Source: a virus
Taxonomy: Duplodnaviria > Caudoviricetes
Direction: 5' to 3' (one strand)
Length of the DNA: 30,250 nt
Virus record (IMG/VR): IMGVR_UViG_3300046779_000072
Span: 1 to 30,250 of that record
In this document: positions 1 through 9,020 of the stretch, piece after piece
How positions within the stretch are numbered: position 1 is the stretch's first letter
How the letters are laid out: each line of letters starts with the position of its first letter
Position numbers and translations under genes: made by a program
The notes under the pieces: model-generated
Told to the model about the DNA's origin: nothing
Databases searched by the model: none
Seen by the model: the letters and a program-made list of their open reading frames with translations, nothing else

Positions 1-2
1 AG

Positions 3-257
3 CCAAAGTGGATACCTCCCAATGCGGGTAAGGGTAGACCAAAAGGCGCACTAAACAAGACAACGACCTCTGCTAAGGAAGCAATTGCTTTAGCTGCCGA
101 GGGATTGGGTGGTGCTGACAGGCTTATCGCTTGGGCGCAGGAAGACCCTGCTAACGAAAAAGCGTTTTGGACTAGCATTTACACCAAGCTACTACCCGTA
201 CAGGTGAGTGGTGAGGAAGGTGGACCGATTCAAGCCGTAATTACATGGCAAAAGTAA
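3..257 (+). CDS. terS: Terminase small subunit (5'-truncated by window edge)
   Basis: Frame 3 is open from the window start: PKWIPPNAGKGRPKGALNKTT...TKLLPVQVSGEEGGPIQAVITWQK*. The GRPKG..NK motif and GGPI C-terminus are typical of TerS, and it overlaps the TerL start. Not in the ORF track. Confidence 0.75.
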   Translation, partial: PKWIPPNAGKGRPKGALNKTTTSAKEAIALAAEGLGGADRLIAWAQEDPANEKAFWTSIYTKLLPVQVSGEEGGPIQAVITWQK

Positions 258-1507
258 TCGAGCTGCCGTACAAGCCTAGAGCACAACAGTTAATCCTGCA
301 TGATGCTTTAGAACAAAACAGGTTTGTAGTCGGAGTAATGCACAGGCGTTTTGGCAAGACTGTAGCTGCTATCAACCACTTGGTTAAGAAAGCTATTGAG
401 TGCCAACTAGAAAACCCTAGATATTGTTATGTTGCGCCAACTTATACACAGGCTAAACGGATAGCGTTTGATTACTTGGTCAAGTTTACTCAGCCATTAG
501 GTGCTACGGTAAACATATCCGAGCTGCGTGTAGACTTTTGGGGGCGCAGAATATCTCTGCATGGTGCTGATAATCCAGACTCCCTGCGTGGTACTTATTA
601 CGATGGGTGCGTGTTGGACGAAATTGCCGACATGAATCCTAAAGTGTGGAACGAGGTCTTGCGTGCAAGTCTTACAGACCGTATGGGCTGGTGCTTGTTT
701 ATCGGCACTCCCAAGGGTGCTAACCACTTTAAAGAGTTTAGAGACCGAGCAGAGACCGCAGACGGTTGGGGCTTGGTAGAGTTCAAGGCATCTGAAACTA
801 AGATCATTCCTGAGTCTGAGCTAGAAGCAGCCAAGAGTGAGATGGGCGAGGATAAGTACAATCAAGAGTTTGAGTGCAGCTTCTCAGCGAGTGTAGAGGG
901 AAGTTACTACGGTCAAATCTTGAATGGCTTAGAATCCGAGGGTAGATTCCATAAGATAGAGCGGGATGACCTTTGCAAGACATTTGTGGCGTGGGACTTG
1001 GGCATGGGTGACTCAACATCTATTTGGGTCGCTCAAGTGGCTAATCACGAAGTAAGGCTCATGGATTACATAGAAAACCACGGGCAAGGTTTAGATTGGT
1101 ACGTTCGGGAGTTGACTAACCGAGGTTGGCACAAAGCACCTCAGTTATTGCCGCACGATGTACAGGTCAGAGAGCTGGGCACAGGCAAGAGCCGTTTAGA
1201 GGTTATACAAGAGGCAGGACTCGACTGTACGGTAGTAGGTAGGCTAGGCGTAGATGACGGCATACAAGCCGTTAGAAGGCTATTGCCGAGGTGTTATTTC
1301 AACGTACCGCAGGTTAAGCAAGGATTGGACTGTTTGCGTAACTATAGGCGAGAGTTTGACGAAAAGAGACAAGTGTTTTTCGACAAGCCTTTGCACGATT
1401 GGTCAAGCCACGGCTCAGACGCTTTCCGTTACTTAGCGGTCGGTATGGACGAGCGAGACTCCGGTTGGGGCAAGCCGTTACAAGTTAATACTAAGTGGGT
1501 GGTCTAA
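245..1507 (+). CDS. terL: Terminase large subunit
   Basis: Walker A-like HRRFGKT, YVAPT, Walker B GCVLDE, coupling motif IGTPKG, nuclease motifs AWDLG and H..DAFRY. Lies upstream of portal. Confidence 0.95.
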   Translation: MAKVIELPYKPRAQQLILHDALEQNRFVVGVMHRRFGKTVAAINHLVKKAIECQLENPRYCYVAPTYTQAKRIAFDYLVKFTQPLGATVNISELRVDFWGRRISLHGADNPDSLRGTYYDGCVLDEIADMNPKVWNEVLRASLTDRMGWCLFIGTPKGANHFKEFRDRAETADGWGLVEFKASETKIIPESELEAAKSEMGEDKYNQEFECSFSASVEGSYYGQILNGLESEGRFHKIERDDLCKTFVAWDLGMGDSTSIWVAQVANHEVRLMDYIENHGQGLDWYVRELTNRGWHKAPQLLPHDVQVRELGTGKSRLEVIQEAGLDCTVVGRLGVDDGIQAVRRLLPRCYFNVPQVKQGLDCLRNYRREFDEKRQVFFDKPLHDWSSHGSDAFRYLAVGMDERDSGWGKPLQVNTKWVV

Positions 1508-1692
1508 TGTTTGTGGAGCGCCGAGGCAATCCGGTAACTCGTGAAGAGTACGATAATTTATTAAGGCGTGTTCAAGCGCTTGAGGAAATGTATGGACGAT
1601 GGGAAACTGAAGTCGATTCTGGAAAACGAAATCGACAACGCAATCGGGTATCTGGACACAGAGACAACGGAAGCGAGAACCAAAGCCCTTGA
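1507..1692 (+). CDS. Small hypothetical protein between TerL and portal
   Basis: ATG at 1507 overlaps the TerL stop (TAATG). Short coiled-coil-like segment EEYDNLLRRVQALEEMY; the 3' part overlaps the portal gene in another frame. Confidence 0.5.
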   Translation: MFVERRGNPVTREEYDNLLRRVQALEEMYGRWETEVDSGKRNRQRNRVSGHRDNGSENQSP

Positions 1693-3643
1693 ATACTACC
1701 TGCGTCAGCCTTATGGTAACGAGGTAGAAGGTCGCAGTCAGATCGTAACGGGTGAGGTTGCAGAGGCTATTGATGGCGCTTTGCCACAACTCGTGCGTGT
1801 CTTTACTCAATCGGACGATATTGTCCGCTTTGAGCCGAAAGGACCAGGCGATGAGGAAGGCGCTAAACAAGCTACGGATTACTGTAATTGGGTGTTTTAT
1901 ACGCAGAATCCAGGCTTTACGATCCTACATAACTGGTTTAAAGACGCTCTCTTGCAAAAGAATGGCGTGGTCAAGTGCTATTGGGACGTTAAGGAAGACG
2001 TAACCAAAGAGGAATACCGTGGACTGACAGACGAGGAGTTGGTGCTCCTAATGGCAGACGGTAGCCGAGAGATTGTTGCACAAGACACCACTATTATTGA
2101 GCAAATCGGTCCTGATGGTCAGCCTGTTGTAATGCAAACAAGCGATGTAATTGTCGCAAAACGTACACAACATGGCGCAGTCAAGGTTGAGAATGTACCG
2201 CCTGAAGAGTTCCTAATTAGCAAGCGTGCACGTTCTATTGCAGACAGTCCATTTGTTGCACACCGTAAGCTGTTGCCACGTTCAGACCTTATCGCTATGG
2301 GCTTTGACCCTGAGATTGTGGAAAACTTACCGTCTTATAACGACCTAAGTTTCACAGAAGAGCGATTGGCACGATACAGCCGAGGCGAGCAGCCGGACGA
2401 GGAAGCATCACTTGACCATAGTATGCAAGAGATTGAGGTTTACGAAGCCTATCTCATGACAGACTATGACGGTGACGGTATCGCAGAAATGCGTCAAATC
2501 TTCTACGCAGGTTCAGACATTCTGAGCAACGTAGAGACGGATTACAATCCTTTCCACTCGCTCTGCCCTATTCCGATTCCGCACAAGTTCTTTGGCGAAT
2601 CGTTGGCAGACCGCAGTATGGACATTCAGTTGATTAAATCTACTGTTGTCCGACAGATGCTAGATAACCTGTACTTGTCTAACAACGCACGAGTTGGCGC
2701 TGTAGAAGGTCAGGTTAACTTGGATGACTTGCTGACCGTTACGCCTGGTGGCGTGGTTCGCATGAAGTCTCCAAACGCAGTCGTACCCATGCAAGTGCCA
2801 AGCGTTATCGCTCAAGCGTTCCCAATGTTGCAATACTTGGATGACGCACAAAGCAAGCGCACAGGTGTATCAGATATGCAGCAGGGGCTCGACCCTAATG
2901 TGTTGCAGAATGTCACGGCTGCGGCTGTTGCAGCATCTACCGCTGCGGCAGGTGGCAAGCTAGAGCTAGTGGCTCGTATCTTTGCCGAGACAGGCGTTAA
3001 GAGCCTATTCCAAGGCATCCTACAGTTACTTTGCAAGTATCAGGACAAGCCTACTGTCATGCGTTTGCGTGGCAAGTATGTGCCTGTAGACCCTCGTGAG
3101 TGGTCGAATCAGTACGATGTAGACATTTCCGTAGGCTTGGGAACAGGCTCGAAGGGTGAGCAGATGACTATGTTGCAGATGGTTCTTGCTAAACAAGAGG
3201 CAATCTTGCAGCAGTTCGGACCAAGCAACCCATTGGTATCTGTTGGTCAATATCGTGGCACGCTAGGTCGGTTTATCGAGGCAGCAGGGTTTACAGACAG
3301 CGCAGAGTTCTTCAAGGAGATTACTCCTGAGATTGAGGCGCAACTTGCACAACCTAAGCAACCACAACCTGATCCAACTACAGCGGCTCTGATTCAGCAA
3401 TCACAAGCACAGATTCAGATTGCACAACAGAAAGCCGCAGCAGACGTACAAGCCGCACAGCAAAAAGCTATGGCTGACATTCAGTTGCAGCGTGAGAAAG
3501 CAGCCGCAGAGATACAATTAATGCGGGAGAAGACAGAGGCACAAATGGCACTCAAGGCTAAGGAGCTAGAGGCTGAGATTCAGCTAAAAGCCGCCGAGTT
3601 GAGTGCTGGCATTACCACTAGCGTTAATGTACGCAGCGTTTAA
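1592..3643 (+). CDS. Portal protein (P22-like, long C-terminal Gln/Ala coiled coil)
   Basis: Position after TerL, size about 680 aa, motifs DALLQKNGVVK, VENVPPEEF and P.PHKFFG.S. Start moved to ATG 1592, which follows the GAGGA Shine-Dalgarno sequence. Confidence 0.92.
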   Translation: MDDGKLKSILENEIDNAIGYLDTETTEARTKALEYYLRQPYGNEVEGRSQIVTGEVAEAIDGALPQLVRVFTQSDDIVRFEPKGPGDEEGAKQATDYCNWVFYTQNPGFTILHNWFKDALLQKNGVVKCYWDVKEDVTKEEYRGLTDEELVLLMADGSREIVAQDTTIIEQIGPDGQPVVMQTSDVIVAKRTQHGAVKVENVPPEEFLISKRARSIADSPFVAHRKLLPRSDLIAMGFDPEIVENLPSYNDLSFTEERLARYSRGEQPDEEASLDHSMQEIEVYEAYLMTDYDGDGIAEMRQIFYAGSDILSNVETDYNPFHSLCPIPIPHKFFGESLADRSMDIQLIKSTVVRQMLDNLYLSNNARVGAVEGQVNLDDLLTVTPGGVVRMKSPNAVVPMQVPSVIAQAFPMLQYLDDAQSKRTGVSDMQQGLDPNVLQNVTAAAVAASTAAAGGKLELVARIFAETGVKSLFQGILQLLCKYQDKPTVMRLRGKYVPVDPREWSNQYDVDISVGLGTGSKGEQMTMLQMVLAKQEAILQQFGPSNPLVSVGQYRGTLGRFIEAAGFTDSAEFFKEITPEIEAQLAQPKQPQPDPTTAALIQQSQAQIQIAQQKAAADVQAAQQKAMADIQLQREKAAAEIQLMREKTEAQMALKAKELEAEIQLKAAELSAGITTSVNVRSV

Positions 3644-3652
3644 AGGATAACT

Positions 3653-4810
3653 ATGGCAGACGGATACGAACCAACCGCAGAAGATATGCGGCTAATGGAC
3701 ATTTACTATGCCGCACGAGACGCAGGACTAAGCCAAGCAGAAGCTAACCGAGTGGTGATGCAGGAGCAAATGGCTACCACTTACGCTGCTCCACAGGTAT
3801 CTGTAGACACGGCAGGATTGACAGGCGCAGCGCCTAATATCAAAGGCACGCCTACGGTTTATTACGATGCTGCGGGTAATTTGGCGGGTGTTCTATCGCA
3901 GAATGGCGTGGTAACACCTCAGTCTATGAACGCTATCTTGCAAGCGGGTCAAGCGGCTACGGCTGCTACGCCTGTGCAGATGGTGGACGCAGAAGGCGTA
4001 AGACTGTACTTGCGTGATGCAAACGACCCGCAGTCTGTAACTTATACCAATACAGGTATTCCTGCTATTGCCGGAACGCTAGGCGAGTCTGCTTACCGTC
4101 CTGTTGAGAACAGAGGACCGCTAGGCACGATTGGTAGCGACTTTGCCGGAGCAGCTAGAGACCCTGCATTTTGGAAGTTTCTAGCATCAGCCGCAGCATT
4201 AGGCACAGGTGCTTATCTTGCTCCCGCACTAGAAGGCGCAGGAGCTGTCGCTACGGCATTTCCGGTAGAGATGGGTGGATTACTACCTGCTACGGAATTA
4301 GGCGCAGCAGGGGCTACAGGCGCTACTGCCGCAGGTTTAGGTGGATACGCAGGTACAGGCGCTGGCGAGTTTATTGCTGCCGATGCTGCCGCTAGTGCGG
4401 CTGCTGCAAACCCTGGATTCCTTGCCTCAATCGAAGCTGCGTTACCCGCAGGTGCTATGGGTTCACTTATCAAGGGTGGACTAACTCTAGGTGGTTTGGC
4501 AGCGTTAAGCGCACTAGCTCCTAAGCAGGGCGGTGGAAGCACAGGTGGCACTCCTAGCCTTAGCGCAGATCAGCTAAATGCAATCGTATCTAGTATGCCT
4601 AGCGCAATGGGTAACTACTTGTCTATGGCTAGTAACCCGTTTGGCTATGGTGGCGGCACGATTGATAGCGCCAATGCAAACTTGGCTAACCTGTTCCCAA
4701 ACTTTAGCTTGCCGACTACAGGACCGTTCTACGGTGCAGGTAGATTCGGAGACGCATACGCACCACAAGCAGCATCCACAGCACCGATATCTCCTACAGG
4801 GTTGGTATGA
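3653..4810 (+). CDS. Ala/Gly-rich hypothetical protein, possibly virion-internal or ejected
   Basis: 385-aa ORF with AAGGA SD and ATGA coupling to the next gene. Hydrophobic Gly/Ala stretches (FLASAAALGTGAYLA, GGLTLGGLAALSALA). No recognisable enzyme motif. Confidence 0.7.
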   Translation: MADGYEPTAEDMRLMDIYYAARDAGLSQAEANRVVMQEQMATTYAAPQVSVDTAGLTGAAPNIKGTPTVYYDAAGNLAGVLSQNGVVTPQSMNAILQAGQAATAATPVQMVDAEGVRLYLRDANDPQSVTYTNTGIPAIAGTLGESAYRPVENRGPLGTIGSDFAGAARDPAFWKFLASAAALGTGAYLAPALEGAGAVATAFPVEMGGLLPATELGAAGATGATAAGLGGYAGTGAGEFIAADAAASAAAANPGFLASIEAALPAGAMGSLIKGGLTLGGLAALSALAPKQGGGSTGGTPSLSADQLNAIVSSMPSAMGNYLSMASNPFGYGGGTIDSANANLANLFPNFSLPTTGPFYGAGRFGDAYAPQAASTAPISPTGLV

Positions 4811-5037
4811 ACAGATCAGAGCGTGCAGCAAGCCTTTTAAGAGACGAGTTCTTTATGGAAGAGATTGAAAGGCTTAAACAGCTTTACATCACAAAGATTG
4901 TTAACTCAAACGCAGAGGACATAGAAGGTAGGGAAGAAGCCTACCGGAATTACTCCACGGTTGAGCAGATTGTTTCTCACTTTCAGGCTATTGCGGATGA
5001 CGCAAAGATCAATGAGAAACGCTGGAAGATATTTTAG
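4807..5037 (+). CDS. Small head-module hypothetical protein
   Basis: ATGA-coupled 76-aa helical ORF in the usual slot between portal and scaffold. Confidence 0.75.
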   Translation: MNRSERAASLLRDEFFMEEIERLKQLYITKIVNSNAEDIEGREEAYRNYSTVEQIVSHFQAIADDAKINEKRWKIF

Positions 5038-5042
5038 GAATA

Positions 5043-5082
5043 TGCGCCAAATGGTGCAAAACTGCGCTAGACAGTATCTAGC
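5043..5082 (+). promoter_or_regulatory. Two tandem short inverted repeats in the scaffold-gene leader
   Basis: TGCGCCA-AA-TGGTGCA (5043-5058, one G-U pair) and GCTAGA-CAGTA-TCTAGC (5066-5082), just upstream of the ATG at 5100. Confidence 0.4.
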
Positions 5083-5099
5083 AACATTAGGGTAATCAA

Positions 5100-6068
5100 A
5101 TGAGCGAAAACATGACTCCCTCAGAGGGAAATGGGACGCTTTCGGTGGATCAAGCCGCCGGAGCACTTTTAGGACTAATGGGTGGTGAGGACTCGCAAGA
5201 GCAACCGGACACCGAACAGGAATCTGAAGAGGTAACTCAGGAAGCACAATCAGACGATGAGCAATCGGACTCTGATAGTGAGCAAGTTGAAGACCAAGAC
5301 GAAGTACAAGAGCAGCCTCGCTACAAGGTGAAAGCCTCTGGAGAAGAGATTGAGGTAACGCTCGATGACTTAATCAAAGGTTATCAACGAGAGGCAGACT
5401 ACACCAAGAAAACCCAAACACTCGCCGAACAGCGTAAGCAAGTTGAAGCCGAACGCCAAGTAATCGAGCAAGCAAAGACAGAGAGAGATCAGTACCAAGC
5501 TAGGCTTGCACTAATTGAGAACGCATTAAAGTCTCGTGAGCCGCAGGAAAACCTAGAAGCTCTTAAGGAAACCGACCCGATTGGGTATGCAGTAAAGGTA
5601 GCCGAACAGACTCAGCGAGAAAGACAGCTACAAGCTATTCAGCTAGAGCGAGCACGCATTGCCCAACAGCAACAAGCGGAGCAAACTCAAAGCCTGAACA
5701 GCCATCTAGCTACGGAAGCGCAGAAGTTAGCAGAGGCAATACCTGAGTATGCAGACGAGCAGAAGTCCGTACAAGTCAAAAAAGACATACGAGATTATGC
5801 TAGAAAGATTGGATGGTCGGACGAAGAGTTGGCTAGTGTGTATGACTCTCGTGCCGTTCTGACTTTGTACCGTGCGATGCAATACGAGAAGCTAATGGGC
5901 AACAAGGCTAACGTAACCAAGAAGGTTAACGAAGCCCCTAAGATGCTCAAGCCTGGCGTATCCCGTCAAACAGATGCAAACTCAGATCAGATTAAGAAAG
6001 CCCAAAACCAGCTCAAGCGAACCGGAAAAGTCCGAGACGCAGCGAGCGTATTTGAACGATTCATTTAA
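5100..6068 (+). CDS. Capsid scaffolding protein
   Basis: Acidic disordered N-terminus, YKVK.SGEE.EVTLDDL.KGYQR.ADYTKKTQ motif, long coiled coil and basic C-terminus. Directly upstream of the capsid gene. Confidence 0.88.
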   Translation: MSENMTPSEGNGTLSVDQAAGALLGLMGGEDSQEQPDTEQESEEVTQEAQSDDEQSDSDSEQVEDQDEVQEQPRYKVKASGEEIEVTLDDLIKGYQREADYTKKTQTLAEQRKQVEAERQVIEQAKTERDQYQARLALIENALKSREPQENLEALKETDPIGYAVKVAEQTQRERQLQAIQLERARIAQQQQAEQTQSLNSHLATEAQKLAEAIPEYADEQKSVQVKKDIRDYARKIGWSDEELASVYDSRAVLTLYRAMQYEKLMGNKANVTKKVNEAPKMLKPGVSRQTDANSDQIKKAQNQLKRTGKVRDAASVFERFI

Positions 6069-6077
6069 GGAAATATC

Positions 6078-7022
6078 ATGGCAACATTTACCGCCCACAG
6101 CGCTATTGGTCAGCGTGAAGACCTAACCGATGTTATCTATAACATCTCCCCAACAGAAACCCCATTGCTGAACACTTTGGCTCGTGCTAAAGCTACAGCC
6201 GTGTACCACGAGTGGCAGACAGACAGCCTCGCAGCCGCTACTACTGCTAACGCAGCGGTTGAAGGTGACGATGCTACGTCCGCAACACTCAGCCCAACGA
6301 CCCGTCTTGGTAACTACACACAGATCGTTCAAAAGACGATCCAGATTTCCGGCACTCTTGAGACTGTTAACAAAGCAGGTCGCAAGTCGGAAAAGGCTTA
6401 CCAATTGGCTCGTGCATCAAGCGAGTTGAAGCGTGACATTGAAACGATCCTTTGTGCAAACCAAGGTCGTAGCGCAGGTTCGTCAAGCACAGCCCGTAAG
6501 ATGGGTTCGTTGTTGTCTTGGATCAAGACCAACACGGACAAGGCTTCGGACGGTGCAGACCCAACAACTATCGGTGTTTCGACCCGTACAGACGGTACTG
6601 CTCGCACGTTTACTGAGGCTCTCCTCAAGAGCGTGATTGCAGAAGTCTACGCTTCGGGCGGTTCGCCAAAAGTGTTGATGGTTGGTGCAGCAGGTAAGCA
6701 GAAAGTATCGACATTTGCAGGTATCGCTGCACAGCGCTACATGGCTCCAGCCGATGCTCCTACTACCATTATTGGTGCTGCTGACGTGTACCTGTCGGAC
6801 TTCGGTTCGGTCTCTGTTGTTCCTAACCGTTTCATGCGTGCTCGTGATGCGTTTATTCTTGATCCAGAATACGCAGCAGTTGCTTATCTGCGTCCATTCG
6901 CAACAAACGAATTGGCTAAGACAGGCGATAGCGATAAGACTCAGATTCTCGCTGAGTTGACGCTTGAAATGCGTAACGAAGCAGCTCATGGCTTGGTCGC
7001 TGACCTAGATATGGCGCTGTAA
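6078..7022 (+). CDS. Major capsid protein (HK97 fold, DUF5309/SU10-like)
   Basis: REDL.D.IYNISP.ETP, HEWQTD.L, R.GNYTQI, ELKRDIE and LAKTGDS motifs. TAAGGA SD; 314 aa. Confidence 0.92.
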   Translation: MATFTAHSAIGQREDLTDVIYNISPTETPLLNTLARAKATAVYHEWQTDSLAAATTANAAVEGDDATSATLSPTTRLGNYTQIVQKTIQISGTLETVNKAGRKSEKAYQLARASSELKRDIETILCANQGRSAGSSSTARKMGSLLSWIKTNTDKASDGADPTTIGVSTRTDGTARTFTEALLKSVIAEVYASGGSPKVLMVGAAGKQKVSTFAGIAAQRYMAPADAPTTIIGAADVYLSDFGSVSVVPNRFMRARDAFILDPEYAAVAYLRPFATNELAKTGDSDKTQILAELTLEMRNEAAHGLVADLDMAL

Positions 7023-7061
7023 TCTCAACTTGAGATAGGGGTAGGGCTTCGGCTCTACCCC
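7022..7061 (+). promoter_or_regulatory. Post-capsid palindrome plus UUCG-tetraloop hairpin
   Basis: ATCTCAA-C-TTGAGAT (7022-7036), then GGGGTAGGGC-TTCG-GCTCTACCCC (7038-7061). No U-tract follows. Confidence 0.7.
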
Positions 7062-7072
7062 ACACTAGGATT

Positions 7073-7393
7073 ATGAAAAAACTATTTAATGTTGACACCG
7101 AAGTAGGTAGACATACGGTAGCCCACGATGACGGAGATGGTGGACTAATCCTCGAAACTAAGCAGGATATCTCGCATATCCTAGAAGCAAATAAACGGGA
7201 CTACAACAGTATTACTTCTGTAGACCGTTGGGGTGACTTAACGCATATAGCTCGTATACCTTACACGGTCATTGATGACCTGAATAGAAAGGGTATTATG
7301 AGAGGGTTCGCAGTTGTTGACCAAGGCGCATTTGCCGCTTTCCTCAACAATCCTGAAAACCGATTCTTGCGTGTTCGCCCAGGGAATGTATGA
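7073..7393 (+). CDS. Hypothetical head-module protein
   Basis: AGGA SD, 106 aa, ATGA-coupled to the next gene. Motifs H.ARIP..V and FLN.PENRF.R. Confidence 0.8.
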   Translation: MKKLFNVDTEVGRHTVAHDDGDGGLILETKQDISHILEANKRDYNSITSVDRWGDLTHIARIPYTVIDDLNRKGIMRGFAVVDQGAFAAFLNNPENRFLRVRPGNV

Positions 7394-8070
7394 AAATAGC
7401 TATATGCGTACCATGCCGTGATAGCGTTATGTCGGGCTTTGCCTTTGACCTAGCTAATATGGTTGGTTATGTAACAAGATACACAGAGCACAAGATAACG
7501 CTCTTGCAGATGCCAGGCACGCTGATCTTTACCCAAAGGGAGAAGTTGGCAGAGGAAGCCCTGGCAGACGGTGCAGAGGCAATCTTGTGGATAGACTCAG
7601 ACATGCGGTTTCCGGCAAATACGCTAGAAGTCATGTTAAGCCGGAAAGTACCCATCTTAGGGGTAAATGCCACAACTCGTAGAGAGCCGATTATCCCAAC
7701 AGCCGGACAGTTGGAGATGGCAAACGGTTTGGCAACATTCCGCAAGGTAGAAAGTAGAGGCAAGCAAGGGATAGAGCAGGTGACAGCCGTAGGATTTGGC
7801 GTGACGCTTGTTAAATCTCAGGTATTTAGGGAAATCCCTAAGCCTTGGTTTAACATCATTTGGAAAGATGATGGCGATATTATTGGTGAAGATGTGCATT
7901 TCTGCGTTAAGGCGCTAGATTTCGGGATAGAAACTTATGTCGATCACGACCTAAGCCCGTTAATCAAGCATATAGGCACAAAAGAATACGGATGGGATGA
8001 CGTAAAACATGGCGATAACCACATATCAAGAGTTGCAAAGCACAATCGCAAACTATCTCGCAAGAAGTGA
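7390..8070 (+). CDS. Glycosyltransferase, GT-A fold (GT2-like)
   Basis: N-terminal strand KIAICVP, ILWIDSDM (DxD motif), VGFGVTLV, PWF, GEDVHFC and a late HIG motif. Confidence 0.85.
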   Translation: MKIAICVPCRDSVMSGFAFDLANMVGYVTRYTEHKITLLQMPGTLIFTQREKLAEEALADGAEAILWIDSDMRFPANTLEVMLSRKVPILGVNATTRREPIIPTAGQLEMANGLATFRKVESRGKQGIEQVTAVGFGVTLVKSQVFREIPKPWFNIIWKDDGDIIGEDVHFCVKALDFGIETYVDHDLSPLIKHIGTKEYGWDDVKHGDNHISRVAKHNRKLSRKK

Positions 8071-8629
8071 CTTAACGGCTCAGATTCCGGACTTTATCCG
8101 GTTAGCCGAGACACGCTTGCGTAGGGATTTGCGTATTCGGCAGATGATGAACGCAGCCACAACAAGCACTACAGGTGGAGATGCTACCGTAGCCCTGCCT
8201 AGTGACTTCCTAGAGGTGCGTGATCTGGTGTTGTTGACCAACCCTGTTACGCCATTGAATTACATCTCCCCATCCGTATTCTCTCGTAATGCTCGTGTGA
8301 CTGAATCAGGTAGACCATTGGATTACACAATCCTAGCTACCGAGTTTAAGTTTGCACCTGTACCGGATTCTACATACACGATTGAGATTCTCTATTACGC
8401 AGCACCCACATTCTTATCAAGCACAAACTCTAGCAATGTATTCTTAGCTAACGTGCCTGACCTGTTGCTATACGCATCCTTGGTCGAGGCAGAGCCGTAC
8501 CTGTTTAACGATACTCGAGTTCAGATTTGGGCAGGAATGTACGATAGAGGTTTGGCATCCACAAATACTGCGGACGAATCGGCACAATATAGTGGCGTTC
8601 CGCTTACAATGACACTTACAGCGAGGTAA
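8009..8629 (+). CDS. Head-tail adaptor protein (P22 gp4 / tail tubular A position)
   Basis: Y.ELQ..IA.YL.R.DL...IP.FI.LAE N-terminus, LP.DFLE and PD.LLY.SL motifs. Synteny after the capsid gene. Confidence 0.75.
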   Translation: MAITTYQELQSTIANYLARSDLTAQIPDFIRLAETRLRRDLRIRQMMNAATTSTTGGDATVALPSDFLEVRDLVLLTNPVTPLNYISPSVFSRNARVTESGRPLDYTILATEFKFAPVPDSTYTIEILYYAAPTFLSSTNSSNVFLANVPDLLLYASLVEAEPYLFNDTRVQIWAGMYDRGLASTNTADESAQYSGVPLTMTLTAR

Positions 8630-8631
8630 AC

Positions 8632-9018
8632 ATGGCTGCTCTTAGCAATTACTTGGAAAACGCACTTATCAACGGTACTTTGCGTGCTACGAATTACACA
8701 GCACCCGCAACCGTTTATGTAGGATTGTTTACCTCTGACCCTACGGACGCAGGTTCGGGTACGGAAGTATCAGGCAATGCTTATGCCCGTAAGTCTGCTA
8801 CTTTTGACGCACCATCTAACGGTGCAAGCGTAACTAGCGCAGACATTCAGTTTGACCAAGCGACAGGCTCATGGGGCACGATTGGTTGGTTTGGCATTTT
8901 TGATGCATCTACATCCGGCAATCTTATGTATCACGGTGCGCTTACAACAAGTAAGACGATTGATACAGGCGATGTATTTAAGATTGCAGCAGGTAGCTTG
9001 ACCGTTACGTTGGCGTAA
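8632..9018 (+). CDS. Small beta-rich virion structural protein
   Basis: GAGGT SD. Motifs SNYLEN, YVGLFT.DP, EVSG..YAR, F..AT..WGT and FDAST.GN are typical of small phage fibre/decoration proteins. Confidence 0.75.
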   Translation: MAALSNYLENALINGTLRATNYTAPATVYVGLFTSDPTDAGSGTEVSGNAYARKSATFDAPSNGASVTSADIQFDQATGSWGTIGWFGIFDASTSGNLMYHGALTTSKTIDTGDVFKIAAGSLTVTLA

Positions 9019-9020
9019 TT

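Noticed and set aside
7038-7066. Hairpin after the capsid gene as a classical intrinsic terminator
   Set aside because: No U-tract follows (ACACTAGG), so it is kept only as a structural element.
6990-7075. Programmed frameshift or read-through extending the capsid protein
   Set aside because: No slippery heptamer near the 3' end, the stop is TAA, and the next gene has its own SD.
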